This document shows positions 42,701-52,271 of a stretch of DNA of 64,000 bases, piece by piece. Below the pieces are notes generated by a model that was given only the letters and a program-made list of their open reading frames with translations, was not told the origin of the DNA and ran no database searches. The position numbers and the translations under genes were made by a program. The stretch comes from Abditibacteriaceae bacterium (GTDB lineage: Bacteria > Armatimonadota > Abditibacteriia > Abditibacteriales > Abditibacteriaceae): assembly GCA_965277285.1 (NCBI GenBank), contig OZ255721.1, forward strand, positions 2,720,001-2,784,000, given 5' to 3'. The number at the start of each line of letters is the position of its first letter. The stretch's first letter is position 1.

Positions 42701-43605
42701 GGCGCCGTTCCAATCGCGCCTGCCATTTCCACGCGCTCGCCGATTTGTGGCGCGGGCGTGACGGTTGCCGCCAATTTCAAGGTTCGAGTACTCGATGTGT
42801 AACTTTCGACAACGGCGCCGCGCAAACCGCGATTCGACAACGGATCGCCAATCAGGACATAAACATTGCCGCTCGCAGGGAAATTGCCGCGCCCTTTTTC
42901 CAGCGTCAAATTCAAGCCGTTAATGCGCGCAATTTGCCCGAACGGAACCGTCGCGTTTGCAAAATCCCAGTTGGTGATGGTGCGCAAGGCGCTTGTCAGA
43001 GGGTGATGGTTTTGGCCACGCACATAAACCACGCGCTTGTCCCACGCTGCGAGTTCATTCGGCGAACGACCAATAATCGTGAAACGTAAGTCGCCGGTGC
43101 GCGCGTTGTCGCGGTTGTCCGAAGCGTTGGGCACAACTTTTTCGGCTTTGACCAGAAACGGCAACGCATCGCCGCGTTGTTGCGAACGCGGATCAGGATA
43201 GCGCACAAAACCATCGGAATGATAATTGGCGTCGTTTTCATCAACGCCGCTGGTGCGCCAACCGTTCGATTTGTCAAATTCGTCGTAATAGAACGTGAAA
43301 CTGGCGTCTTCGGGTTGCGGCGGCGGATTCTCGTTCTTCGGTCGCCAGGCCAAACCTTCGCTTTGCATCTTGAAATAAACGAAACGAACGCCCGCATCGG
43401 CGGCCAATCGCGCTTCGTTTTCGGATGACGAACGCGCCGTTTGATTGAGATTCGCTGCGACAATCGTCACGAACGTGGCGCCTAAAACAGCGACGAAGAT
43501 CATCAATAAAACCGAAATCAGCAACGCCTGACCACGACGCCGCGCGGATTTGTGCGACAAGTTGGAAACCAAAGCGGAGAAAATCAAAATCGAATTCCTT
43601 TTCAA
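39769..43605 (-). CDS. Large PilX-like minor pilin/adhesin
   Basis: 'RRRGQALLISVLLMIFVAVLG' prepilin-like leader lacking Glu5, 'ARLAADAG' PilX-N pattern; end of pilus operon. Confidence 0.7.
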   Translation of the reverse strand: MKRNSILIFSALVSNLSHKSARRRGQALLISVLLMIFVAVLGATFVTIVAANLNQTARSSSENEARLAADAGVRFVYFKMQSEGLAWRPKNENPPPQPEDASFTFYYDEFDKSNGWRTSGVDENDANYHSDGFVRYPDPRSQQRGDALPFLVKAEKVVPNASDNRDNARTGDLRFTIIGRSPNELAAWDKRVVYVRGQNHHPLTSALRTITNWDFANATVPFGQIARINGLNLTLEKGRGNFPASGNVYVLIGDPLSNRGLRGAVVESYTSSTRTLKLAATVTPAPQIGERVEMAGAIGTAPWLDFNGNGTFETARENVIFDLASLGGGTSGGVRANGGLLLFGDVRALNLRAPQNATSGTSVATIRASGGVQLMPFPTVPAAVPTLTVAGEYSNGGTARTLNNATVVPSNDLNFPGVWAGMNADEKSQLVDDGWNRLAEVPSSTRQVGHFTPPDIEAGGAQNRYRRLTQSSRPLSPLAPSSASLYGYGEGIYINNLRDRERVGGGTLLREMTQDELRRMWTSHATSSTLTYLRLGTPSSRTLANRSLEEQHLRGWIGPDEFRARGALIELNTDNTISITLDSRDDTATYNLGAAAHKGWRDANGNLLGHPSSGGVYRQTFAWPKNGVICAEGNIRIRGQANNPPHSLTVVSFNNIYIEGSLSASDKKVLLLAKRNVVLNPTRVLERTDDQTLLRTAITASTNAPVYSINVYDASAFQAGDWVTLDNNSSNAQEVCVASVDTFNNRLNLLASTPVRSSQPALRPVRAKSDPLNSGEPYTRYNRLDRFGQALQRRFNLPSGSSSEVRIALRHSAERRAAVRVPYLDGLSAPTMALLSHKLAANAQTSLIRTPDKNLVVMGAAFALDFWSVMRPMPAGTRAVNYHLNWLAGPTLPVYTFNGVLRNRASPSWRYADSSTQLLFNHYGENPNTIGNLQMPPFYFMASVGNRADATSTGLWPWRPNLKTLGLYDIPMATSVVSTLNGVYSNETASGLRSDIWDNTRGNYERVGQFGFNPIHGAVLPDASSADETEDVATSDQSFYVNYAGSPLVPQSFLLDSRVLDGARNGSNSVALRFNNKIVDGVYRLTDYFDSTSYSGNGGRIPYYNVSRLKLENVGLNAQHQIESLAPAQTLDVRAFVYAQEGSWIVIPNDWYDATVRNNVDADRDGTISRSEQIAAYRFRRNNYSLKFSGAICENQSAIVHASGTVVGTVADWTDKSATVSLNATNFNGPNANNAFRDDLSTQNSNFGTIFYAFDDGIARGLFDDDIGLHLPVAPENA

Positions 43606-43648
43606 GTGTTCGATTTATAATATCAGGATTGAAGTTAGGATTTCAAGC

Positions 43649-43685
43649 AAAAAGCGCGGCTCGCTCTAAAAAAGCAAGCCGCGCT
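43649..43685 (-). terminator. Putative intrinsic terminator between minor pilin and PilX-like gene
   Basis: gcgcggct..agccgcgc stem followed by T5 on minus strand. Confidence 0.55.
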
Positions 43686-43713
43686 CTGGTTTTATGCGCT
43701 TCGAGTACTCGAT

Positions 43714-44760
43714 TTAGCGAATGTTCGGACAATCAATGCTTTGCACGAGAGTGAACTTTTGGAAGTTCACGTTACTATTCGCGCTTTGATTGATGTTGTT
43801 TCCGCCATCACCGGAAACCTGACGATTGAAGTTCGTCAAAGTCAAACTCACCGTGACCTGATTGATTTTGCCGTCGCCGTTGGTATCGGCGCAAGTGAAC
43901 GTTGTGTTGGGAACAAGGCTATAGTTGGACGGAAGTGCTGTCGGCGTCGGCCAAGTCGCGTTTGGCGTGACCAGAGCAACGTTGCGCGGTGTCGCAATAA
44001 TATGACTACTGGGAACAAGACCACCAGTCGTTGCATCTTGGCAAATGTTTTCAGAAGCATTTGGAATAACGGTGCTCAAATCAAACTCACCTACCGCATT
44101 CTGTGTGAGCCACTTCAAACCCCGTGTCGTTCCTGAGGAGTAACGCGTTGTCGAAGTATCAGCATTTGGATCGGTGCCAATCTGAAAAATTGTTCCATCG
44201 GCGTTTCTGTAAGGATACTGCGCACGAATTAGCACGACTGGATTGTTATATGGATCGTAAGGATGAGTCGAGTCAAAACGCCGCGCATAGTATGTCACAA
44301 TGTATTTCGCGGGTGTAATCGGATATTTCACGGCACCGCTGGTGGAATCAATCTCTGGCAGCAACATATCAATGCGCGATGTATTGTCACCTGTTCCGCC
44401 AAGGTAAGGATGTCCGGCATTGTCACTATAAGGCGCCTTTGAGGTATCAGCTATTCCAGGCAAATAAGCGTTTGGATAAATGTAAATGGCGCGGCTGAGG
44501 TCGCGTTGCAGCTGCGACATGGTTTGATTTGAGGCTTGTTGCAGAACGGCGCGCGAGCGGCCAATCGCCATGAAGCGCGTCGCCTGTGTCAAAGGCACGA
44601 AAACGACAACCATCAAGATGGCGAAAATCGCCAGCGCCACCATCACTTCGATGAGCGTAAAGCCGCGCGCGCGCCGCGACTTTCGAGCACTCGAAGTTGG
44701 CGCTTGATATTCAAATTGGAGAGAAATTGGTTTCATGGGATTCACAACTGAAATTTCCAC
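43714..44760 (-). CDS. Prepilin-type minor pilin (PilW-like)
   Basis: 'RARG|FTLIEVMVALAI' cleavage/methylation motif. Confidence 0.85.
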   Translation of the reverse strand: MEISVVNPMKPISLQFEYQAPTSSARKSRRARGFTLIEVMVALAIFAILMVVVFVPLTQATRFMAIGRSRAVLQQASNQTMSQLQRDLSRAIYIYPNAYLPGIADTSKAPYSDNAGHPYLGGTGDNTSRIDMLLPEIDSTSGAVKYPITPAKYIVTYYARRFDSTHPYDPYNNPVVLIRAQYPYRNADGTIFQIGTDPNADTSTTRYSSGTTRGLKWLTQNAVGEFDLSTVIPNASENICQDATTGGLVPSSHIIATPRNVALVTPNATWPTPTALPSNYSLVPNTTFTCADTNGDGKINQVTVSLTLTNFNRQVSGDGGNNINQSANSNVNFQKFTLVQSIDCPNIR

Positions 44761-44787
44761 GACTGAAGTTTCAGCGCTTCTTCGACT

Positions 44788-45726
44788 TTACGGTGTGCGT
44801 TGCCAGCCAGGTTGCGGTTGTCCCGCCGATGCTGCATTTAATGGTCTGGTTTTCACGCTGCCATCGGCAAACAAAACGATGTCGCCGTTGCGTCCGCCTA
44901 AACCGGTGCGATGCCATTTGCACCACAAAATGACCGTATCTGCCGGTGGTCGCTTTTCAAAGACTTGAGTGGCTCCATCATAATGTAGCAGTTGATTATT
45001 CCAAGTGGTGTCGGTGACGACATTGGTGCGCTGCGTTTGATAAGTCGGCACTGGCGTCGTTGTGTTTGGTGGCGCTGGGTAAATCTCTGTACCTGTGTCA
45101 ATCGTTTGATACGATAGGTAGTTCGGATTGAAACGCTTTCCATTCTGCGTGAACATCGTGTCATCGGAAATTGGGACAGTAGGTGTCGCAGGCAATCCAT
45201 CATCATCCACAAGTTGTGGTGCGTTATCGTTTGGGCAATGCAAATTCGTAATGTTGTGCAAGTAAATACCAACAAACTTCGCTTGAGTGCCCGCCGCTGA
45301 TGTGGTTGTATATAACTTGAAGGTCGTATCTTGCGAACCGACATTCGTCAAGTCATCGGGCGCTACCGTTGTGTACAACTTCCACAATCCCATCGTATCA
45401 ACTGGCAATCCATTGACGCCGCCGTTGTTGGCGCCCGCTGGAATGGTTGTTGTATTCGTATCGTTGTAATAAGGATAAGCGCCGTCATAATCGTTGGCAT
45501 ACATGCGCAAAGCATTGTAAATCTGCGACATATTGACTTGACAACCCGAACGCCGATTGCTCGCCGTGATTTGAAACAAGCCGCCCAAAATCAAGGCCGA
45601 CAAAATAGCCGCAATTGCCATCACGATCAGCAATTCGATCAGCGTGAAACCGCGCGTGCGAACGCTGATGCGAACGTTGCGGCGCGCTTTCGAGTACTCG
45701 ATATGTCGGGGAGCAAAGGTTTTCAT
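44788..45726 (-). CDS. Prepilin-type protein (DUF1559-like)
   Basis: 'RTRG|FTLIELLIV', 'CQVNMSQI..A..MYANDYD', C-terminal 'H...VLFADGSVK'. Confidence 0.85.
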   Translation of the reverse strand: MKTFAPRHIEYSKARRNVRISVRTRGFTLIELLIVMAIAAILSALILGGLFQITASNRRSGCQVNMSQIYNALRMYANDYDGAYPYYNDTNTTTIPAGANNGGVNGLPVDTMGLWKLYTTVAPDDLTNVGSQDTTFKLYTTTSAAGTQAKFVGIYLHNITNLHCPNDNAPQLVDDDGLPATPTVPISDDTMFTQNGKRFNPNYLSYQTIDTGTEIYPAPPNTTTPVPTYQTQRTNVVTDTTWNNQLLHYDGATQVFEKRPPADTVILWCKWHRTGLGGRNGDIVLFADGSVKTRPLNAASAGQPQPGWQRTP

Positions 45727-45747
45727 AGCAATTCCGTCGGTAATGAC

Positions 45748-47505
45748 TCAATTCAGCGGACGATACATTTCCGCGACTTCCTGCGTATATTCGCCGTTCT
45801 GAATCCATGCCGAACGCGAACGCACCGAAACGCCGCGCACTGACTGAATCGCATCCGCCGCCACAGGATTTCCGCTGGCATCAATAAAATTCACGGCGGA
45901 AACTTGATTATTGGACTCAAAATTCGGCATGTTCGGCAGGTTGGGGCGAGGCAAAAGTTTCGCACCAATTGTCATGATCTGGTTCGTCACTTTGTTGGTT
46001 CCACTTAAAAACGAAACCATGATCGTTTTACCGGCTTCGCTGGCGTGGAAATACATGATGTTGCTGCTCGTTACAGTGCCGGTGCTGTCGGAAAGCGGTT
46101 GCCAGTAGAACTCGCGCCACTTCTCTGTTGTCGCTCGATTCGTGTCGAAAGCGTAATAACTCTTTGCCGCGACCGAAAGCTGCTGCGCCCAACCATGCGT
46201 CGCCCAATAAGAAGTGCGAACGCGCGGCGCAACCATCGGGGGCTTGTTCGTGCCTATGCTATCGGCAATGTCATAAGTCGCCGATGTCTGATCGACATCC
46301 AAAACGACATCGTTGCCAACCGCGCCTGGTGCGGCTGTCCAAAGACCACGTCGTTCATCCTTAGGAAGGACACCCTGAGCATCTGGCGCAGGCATCGTCA
46401 AGGCATAAAGTGCTTTCCCAGACGGGGCGGTTGTCACAGGTGTTCCCAAAAACGGAATCGTTAATTTGACATCGCGCGCCGTGGCAGGTGCTGGACCCGC
46501 AAGAGGCGGATTGCTCTTTATCGTCGGAACGGTCGAGGAAATGTCTTCAACCAACCATCGCCAATCGAGTACATCGTAATCGACAGCTACTTCTTGGCCC
46601 GTTACAAAGCTGGCATCAACAGCAAGAAAACCACGAGCCAAATCGTCAGCATCAATAGGTGAAGGAGGAGACGCCGATTTAGTTGTAAATATCTTTAGAG
46701 CGATGGGACCATCAACAACCTTTTTACCCTGTGCCCCTTGGAAGACTTGCATATTGCCTGGAGACGCAACAAAAGCAATGGGTTCATCATCGACACTTTG
46801 CAAGGCATATGTCGGTGGTGGCCCCACTGTTAACGGAGTTTGAAAAGAGTACGATACATAATAAAAACCGGCAGTAGGCGTCGTGAAAGCCGAGCCATCG
46901 GAAGCCTTGATAGCGTCTGTAAAATCAAGCATACCTGTGCTACTCACGCGCACACCTTCAATCAAATCGGGCACGCTGACCTGCGGCGTATTCGTATAAG
47001 CGTAGTTCAAAAGCACAAACTTGTTGCCCGAATTGTCTTGAAGAACCTTGTGACGCTCGCCAACGATGTGCTTGAAATGTCCCAAGGCCGAACTATCGTA
47101 ATCGGCATCTGTCTTTGGCAAGGAAAAGTTGCGGTTGCGCGAACCTTCCACTGCGATGTCAGGATCGTTCCAGCCACCGCCTGGCGCTCTATCAAAAATC
47201 GCATCGGGAATGGAAGCGGGATCGGAATTGTAGCGCGCCAGCGTGCCCTTGACTTGCGACATCGCAATTTCGCGGTTTTCGCTACCGTGAATTACGTTGA
47301 AAGCGGGCGGGAACAAGTTCATAATCGCCAAGCCACCAATCAACAAAACAACCATCGCGATTAAAACTTCCAGAACGGTGAAACCTGCGCGACGCGAAGC
47401 CGAACGAGAAATCGCGCGCGATGTCAAACGCGACGAAACAACGCCTTTTCTGAAAGAGGAAGCGCAGAGTGCGTATCGAGTACTCGAAAACGAGAAATTG
47501 GTCAT
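45748..47505 (-). CDS. Prepilin-type minor pilin (large PilV-like)
   Basis: 'RRAG|FTVLEVLIAMVV'. Confidence 0.8.
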   Translation of the reverse strand: MTNFSFSSTRYALCASSFRKGVVSSRLTSRAISRSASRRAGFTVLEVLIAMVVLLIGGLAIMNLFPPAFNVIHGSENREIAMSQVKGTLARYNSDPASIPDAIFDRAPGGGWNDPDIAVEGSRNRNFSLPKTDADYDSSALGHFKHIVGERHKVLQDNSGNKFVLLNYAYTNTPQVSVPDLIEGVRVSSTGMLDFTDAIKASDGSAFTTPTAGFYYVSYSFQTPLTVGPPPTYALQSVDDEPIAFVASPGNMQVFQGAQGKKVVDGPIALKIFTTKSASPPSPIDADDLARGFLAVDASFVTGQEVAVDYDVLDWRWLVEDISSTVPTIKSNPPLAGPAPATARDVKLTIPFLGTPVTTAPSGKALYALTMPAPDAQGVLPKDERRGLWTAAPGAVGNDVVLDVDQTSATYDIADSIGTNKPPMVAPRVRTSYWATHGWAQQLSVAAKSYYAFDTNRATTEKWREFYWQPLSDSTGTVTSSNIMYFHASEAGKTIMVSFLSGTNKVTNQIMTIGAKLLPRPNLPNMPNFESNNQVSAVNFIDASGNPVAADAIQSVRGVSVRSRSAWIQNGEYTQEVAEMYRPLN

Positions 47506-47531
47506 GGAAAGCTCTACGAAAATGCACCGCA

Positions 47532-48449
47532 TCAAAAATTCTGATTTTGCCACGTTTGATTTGCCTGCCAATCTTTAATATCAACTGATTTTACCGAAGC
47601 GTCCAAACGCAAAATCAGCGCGCGCGAAGCCGATTGCGACAAATGATAAGGGCAGTAAGTCACGATTGTGTTGGCCGGAGCAAAACGATTCGATAGCGAA
47701 AGTTTTACGACGTTGGTGCGCCACTCAGCTAACCACGCCGCTTGCATCGCTGGAGTAACAGGCCCTGGCGGAGGAGATGGAATTGTCGTATCCGGCGCGA
47801 CATAACCACGCGTCGTATCAACTAACCACTTGTTCGCTGGAGACGAATTGTCCGGCGCGCTGGCATTTGTCGAAGCAGCAGACGCATCGCTTTGATTCGC
47901 GTAAGCAACTCCATCGTTGCGATAGCCCCAGCAATTCCATATATGACGGCTTAAATCTTCCATGCTACTCACAGGAGCCGATGGAAACGGAAGACCCGTT
48001 GACAAATCGCCATAAGAGGAACGTGGCAAGTCGCGCGAACCGTCGTCATCGGGACAAAACAAGCTGGTTGTGTTTTTCAAATAGCCCGTTCCGCCTGGAT
48101 TCGGACAAGTCGAAGACGTGCCGTTTGCGCTGCAAGCCTGGGCATCAATGCCAGGTGTCATTGGCGCGGGCGTTGTGACATCGGTCGAACTGTTATCAAG
48201 CGCCGAGGCCGAATGATATGACTTGGAAGACGGCAACAAAACCGCGAGGCTGTTGGGAAACTCTTTTTCGTCTGCGCGATACATTTGAACCGCGATACCA
48301 ATTTGATGCAGGTTCGAGGTGCAACTGGTTTGACGCGCATTTTCGCGCGCCCGCGCAAAAGCCGGAAACAAAAGCGCCGCCAAAATCGCAATGATGGCGA
48401 TGACGATGAGCAACTCAACAAGGGTAAAAGCGCGACGACGTTTGGTCAT
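47532..48449 (-). CDS. Prepilin-type protein (DUF1559-like)
   Basis: '[48 protein letters not shown]'. Confidence 0.88.
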   Translation of the reverse strand: MTKRRRAFTLVELLIVIAIIAILAALLFPAFARARENARQTSCTSNLHQIGIAVQMYRADEKEFPNSLAVLLPSSKSYHSASALDNSSTDVTTPAPMTPGIDAQACSANGTSSTCPNPGGTGYLKNTTSLFCPDDDGSRDLPRSSYGDLSTGLPFPSAPVSSMEDLSRHIWNCWGYRNDGVAYANQSDASAASTNASAPDNSSPANKWLVDTTRGYVAPDTTIPSPPPGPVTPAMQAAWLAEWRTNVVKLSLSNRFAPANTIVTYCPYHLSQSASRALILRLDASVKSVDIKDWQANQTWQNQNF

Positions 48450-48546
48450 AATAAGGATGGCTCGGTTGGTTGCCGATTTCAATTCACATGAAGCTGAGGC
48501 GGCCTGCAGTATTTTCATTATACCCCGATAGCCCTTTATCTAAACA

Positions 48547-49521
48547 TTAAGGACGTGGGCGAGACGACACGTCAGCGGTCGCGGGCGTTGTATTTTGCCC
48601 TATGAAATGGTTGAGATACGCGTTGTTGATGCGCGCTCCGTACAACGCCGCCAGCAAAGCTCCGACAGCCAACATCGGGCCAAACGGAACTGGCCTGCGA
48701 AACGCGTGGAAAAACAGCGGTCGCGCCAGCTTTTGCCGCATGGTTCGAGTACTCGATTTCGCGCGGCGCCACAAACGCACGGCGCGCGGCGTTTGCATTC
48801 CCACGCCGACGAGTGCGCCAATCGTTACCGACAAGAAGAGAAACGTCATCAAGGCCGCGTTCCAGCCAATGTTGGCCGCGATGCCCGCCGTCAAAAACAC
48901 ATCGCCGAAACCCAACGCCTCGCGCCCATAAATCAGCGATGCGACGGCGCGAAACGTCCACAACACAGCCGCCATTACGATCATCGCCAGCAAACTCGGC
49001 GGCAAAGGCGCCGGTAAAATTGACCAATCGAAAACTGTAACCGGCGGCAAAGGCTGCTTTTCCGCGAAAAAACGGACGGCTTCCGCACCGACGCCGACCA
49101 ATCCCAGCAGCAGCGCCGCCGACATCGGGATCAGCATCGTTTCGTAATCGACCCAGAAAATGACGATCAAGCACGAAACGAACAACAGCATTTGCGCCAA
49201 TCGAATCCAATCGCCCACGAAAACGCCGTCCTGAAAGTTTTCCGGCAGCGCGCCGCACAATACAAAGGCGACGCCCGTCAAAACTTCCATGCCCCAGTAA
49301 CGCCACGATATTTTCTGTCCACAGTAACGACAGCGCGCGCGCAAGGCGAGCTGCGACACAATCGGAATCAGGTCGATGGGTTTCAAGCGCGTGTCGCAAT
49401 TGGGACAATGCGAAGGCGGCTCGCTAACGCTTTCACCGCGCGGCAAGCGCCAAATGCAAACGTTAAGAAACGATCCGACGACCGTTCCCAGCGCAAATAA
49501 ACCGAACAAAAACCAGAGCAT
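48547..49521 (-). CDS. pilD: Prepilin peptidase/N-methyltransferase
   Basis: 'GSFLNVCIWRLP', 'SHCPNC', 'CRYC', 'GFGDV', 'PFGPML'. Confidence 0.95.
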   Translation of the reverse strand: MLWFLFGLFALGTVVGSFLNVCIWRLPRGESVSEPPSHCPNCDTRLKPIDLIPIVSQLALRARCRYCGQKISWRYWGMEVLTGVAFVLCGALPENFQDGVFVGDWIRLAQMLLFVSCLIVIFWVDYETMLIPMSAALLLGLVGVGAEAVRFFAEKQPLPPVTVFDWSILPAPLPPSLLAMIVMAAVLWTFRAVASLIYGREALGFGDVFLTAGIAANIGWNAALMTFLFLSVTIGALVGVGMQTPRAVRLWRRAKSSTRTMRQKLARPLFFHAFRRPVPFGPMLAVGALLAALYGARINNAYLNHFIGQNTTPATADVSSRPRP

Positions 49522-49549
49522 GAAAAATCAGGAAACCAGCAAGGCGAAC

Positions 49550-49590
49550 AAAAGGCGGAAGCAAATCGAGTACTGGATTCGCTTCCGCCT
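49550..49590 (-). terminator. Putative terminator after pilC built around a 12-mer palindrome variant
   Basis: aggcggaagc-aaatcgagtactggattc-gcttccgcct, with T4 following on minus strand. Confidence 0.55.
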
Positions 49591-49608
49591 GAGTTTTTAG
49601 GGTTGGAT

Positions 49609-50838
49609 TTAGCCGCTCAACTTCGAGATGATAGCGATAAACGGCATGAACATGGCGATCACAATGAAGCACACGATGCAACCCAGGATACAAATCATGA
49701 TCGGTTCGAGCGCCGCAGAAAGCGATTCGAGCTGCGTTTCGACTTCAGCTTCGTAAAAGTCGGCGACTTTGCCCAGCATCTGGTCAAGCGCACCGGTTTC
49801 CTCACCGATGGAAATCATCTGCACCACCATCGGCGGGAACATTTTACTTTTTTCCAGCGGGTCGCCGATCGAATCGCCTTCGCGGATGCGCGCTCGCGCG
49901 TTCATAATGACATCGGAAAACGTTTCGTTATCAATCGCGTGCGCCACCGTTTCCAAAGCCTGCAAAATCGGTACGCCGCTCGTCAACAAAGTCGACAGCG
50001 TTCGCGTGAAGCGCGCCACAGCGATTTCTTTGCTGAGCTTGCCAAACACCGGCAGTTTCATTTTGTACTTATCAACCACGCGCTTGCCGAACTTGGTCTT
50101 TTTGAAGCGACCAAACAAAATCTTGAAGGCGATCATGCCGCCAATAATGAGCGGCATTCCATAACGCGAAGTCATGAAGTTGGACACGTCGATCAGGAAC
50201 TGCGTCGCGGCGGGCATTTCCACGTTATCAAAGGCTTTGAAGATGTCGATGAACTGCGGCACGATGAACGTCACCAGGCCGGTCACGATCAAAAACGCCG
50301 CGATCATAACGATGACGGGATACGTCATCGCCGCCTTGATCTTCTGCTTCAAACGCATATCATCTTCTAAGAACTCGGCCAGGCGCTCCAGCGTTTCGTC
50401 CAAAACACCGCCGACTTCGCCAGCGCGCACCAGACCAATGAACAAGTTGTCGAAAACGTTGTTGTGATAAAGCAAAGCGCGCGACAATGTTTCGCCTGCT
50501 TCCACTTTGTTCTGGATGTCGCGGATCACCATTTTCAAGCGCGGATTGTCGGTTTGGCGCTCCAGAACAGAAAGACAACGCACCAGGCTGACGCCCGCGT
50601 TAATCATAGTGGCGAACTGGCGACTGAAAATCGACTTGTCCTTCAGCTTGATCTTCTTGAAGGCCAACATCGGATTTTTGCGCTTACCCTTCTTTTCGGC
50701 GCCTTCTTTGGCGACCTGCGTCACCCAGAAACCCGAATCCTGCAACTGCTTGGTCAGCGTTTTTTCGTTGTCCGCTTCGCGCCGCCCGCGCACAATCTTG
50801 CCTGTTTTATCTTTGGCCACATAAGCAAATGTTGGCAT
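49609..50838 (-). CDS. pilC: Type IV pilus platform protein
   Basis: 'FSRQFATMINAG', 'GEVGGVLD', 'AMTYP', 'GEETGALD'; AAGGAG RBS. Confidence 0.95.
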   Translation of the reverse strand: MPTFAYVAKDKTGKIVRGRREADNEKTLTKQLQDSGFWVTQVAKEGAEKKGKRKNPMLAFKKIKLKDKSIFSRQFATMINAGVSLVRCLSVLERQTDNPRLKMVIRDIQNKVEAGETLSRALLYHNNVFDNLFIGLVRAGEVGGVLDETLERLAEFLEDDMRLKQKIKAAMTYPVIVMIAAFLIVTGLVTFIVPQFIDIFKAFDNVEMPAATQFLIDVSNFMTSRYGMPLIIGGMIAFKILFGRFKKTKFGKRVVDKYKMKLPVFGKLSKEIAVARFTRTLSTLLTSGVPILQALETVAHAIDNETFSDVIMNARARIREGDSIGDPLEKSKMFPPMVVQMISIGEETGALDQMLGKVADFYEAEVETQLESLSAALEPIMICILGCIVCFIVIAMFMPFIAIISKLSG

Positions 50839-50938
50839 AAAAATCTCCTTCAAACGTCTGTCAGCAAATGCGTCGCGGCTTTCGAGTACTCGATCGGGCA
50901 ACGCTTCAACACGGGAACCAATTAACGCCCATCAGGGC

Positions 50939-52186
50939 TTAACGTCCATCAGGACTGGAGCGGTTCAAAATCATCGCTTCGAGTTCCGCCGCGTTGTGCG
51001 AGCGCGCCAGCGCATCGTCGTAAGTGATGTCGCCTTTATGATACAAATCGCGCAACGCTTGATCCATCGTTTGCATTCCGATACCGGTCTGCGTTTGGAT
51101 AATTGAAACCATCTGGTGAGCCTTGGCTTCGCGGATCAGGTTCCGAATCGCCGAGTTGGCGATCATAATCTCCAACGCTGCCACGCGACCGCCGCCAGTT
51201 TTGGGCAGCAATTGCTGCGAAATAATCGCTACGATTGAGTTCGACAATTGCGTGCGAATTTGTTCCTGCTGATCGGACGGAAAAACGCCGACCATGCGGT
51301 CAATCGATTCCGCCGCCGAGTTCGTGTGCAACGTGCCGAAAACAAGGTGACCAGTTTCCGCCGCCGTAATCGCCAGGTGAATCGTTTCGTTGTCGCGCAT
51401 TTCGCCGACCAAAATCACATCGGGATCTTCGCGCAACGCCGCGCGCAACGCATTGGAAAACGCCTTGGTATCGGTTCCCACTTCGCGCTGATTGACAACG
51501 CAACGCTTGTGTTCGTGGACGAACTCAATCGGGTCTTCGACCGTGATGATGTGCCCGTCATGCGTACTGTTGATGGTGTTCAAAACCGCCGCCAGCGTTG
51601 TCGATTTGCCGCTTCCCGTCGGCCCCGTCACCAGCATCAGGCCGCGCGGACGCTGCGCCAAATCCATGATAACCGGCGGCAGATTGAGGTCGGCAGCCAT
51701 CGGAATTTTGCTGGGAATGACGCGCATCGCCGCCGCAACATTCGTCTTATCGCGGAAAGCGTTCACGCGAAAACGCGCGACGTGCTGCGCCGTATAAGCG
51801 AAGTCGAGTTCGAGGTCGTTTTCAAAGCGCTGAATTTGTTCATCGGTCAAAATATCGTAGATCATGCGCTGCACGACGGGCGCGCGCACGTCTTCGTACT
51901 CGTCCAATTCCAGAATCTTGCCGTGCAACCGGATGCATGGCCCTTTGCCGACTGCCAGATGCAAATCGCTGCCGCCCAGTTCGACGACTTTGGCTAACAA
52001 TTCGTCGATGTGCGTTTCATCCAGCGATTCGCGCTCGACAATATCGTAATATTCGTCCTCGCTTTCCACTTCCGGCGCGCCATTGACCGCTTCGCGGACG
52101 CCGTTCGCCGCGCTGCCATTGGCGGCGTTGCCAGGCGGCATCACAGCTTGAGGACGTCCACCGACTGCATTGGGAGATTGTGCCAT
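50939..52186 (-). CDS. pilT: Type IV pilus retraction ATPase
   Basis: 'GPTGSGKSTT', 'EDPIE', 'REDPDVILVGEMRD', 'AIRNLIRE' motif. Confidence 0.96.
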   Translation of the reverse strand: MAQSPNAVGGRPQAVMPPGNAANGSAANGVREAVNGAPEVESEDEYYDIVERESLDETHIDELLAKVVELGGSDLHLAVGKGPCIRLHGKILELDEYEDVRAPVVQRMIYDILTDEQIQRFENDLELDFAYTAQHVARFRVNAFRDKTNVAAAMRVIPSKIPMAADLNLPPVIMDLAQRPRGLMLVTGPTGSGKSTTLAAVLNTINSTHDGHIITVEDPIEFVHEHKRCVVNQREVGTDTKAFSNALRAALREDPDVILVGEMRDNETIHLAITAAETGHLVFGTLHTNSAAESIDRMVGVFPSDQQEQIRTQLSNSIVAIISQQLLPKTGGGRVAALEIMIANSAIRNLIREAKAHQMVSIIQTQTGIGMQTMDQALRDLYHKGDITYDDALARSHNAAELEAMILNRSSPDGR

Positions 52187-52271
52187 AAAGACCTTCTTTG
52201 CGACGAAACCAACTGACAAAACTTGAATCGAGTACTCGATTCGCCTTAAAGACTGCTACGAACAACCGCAA

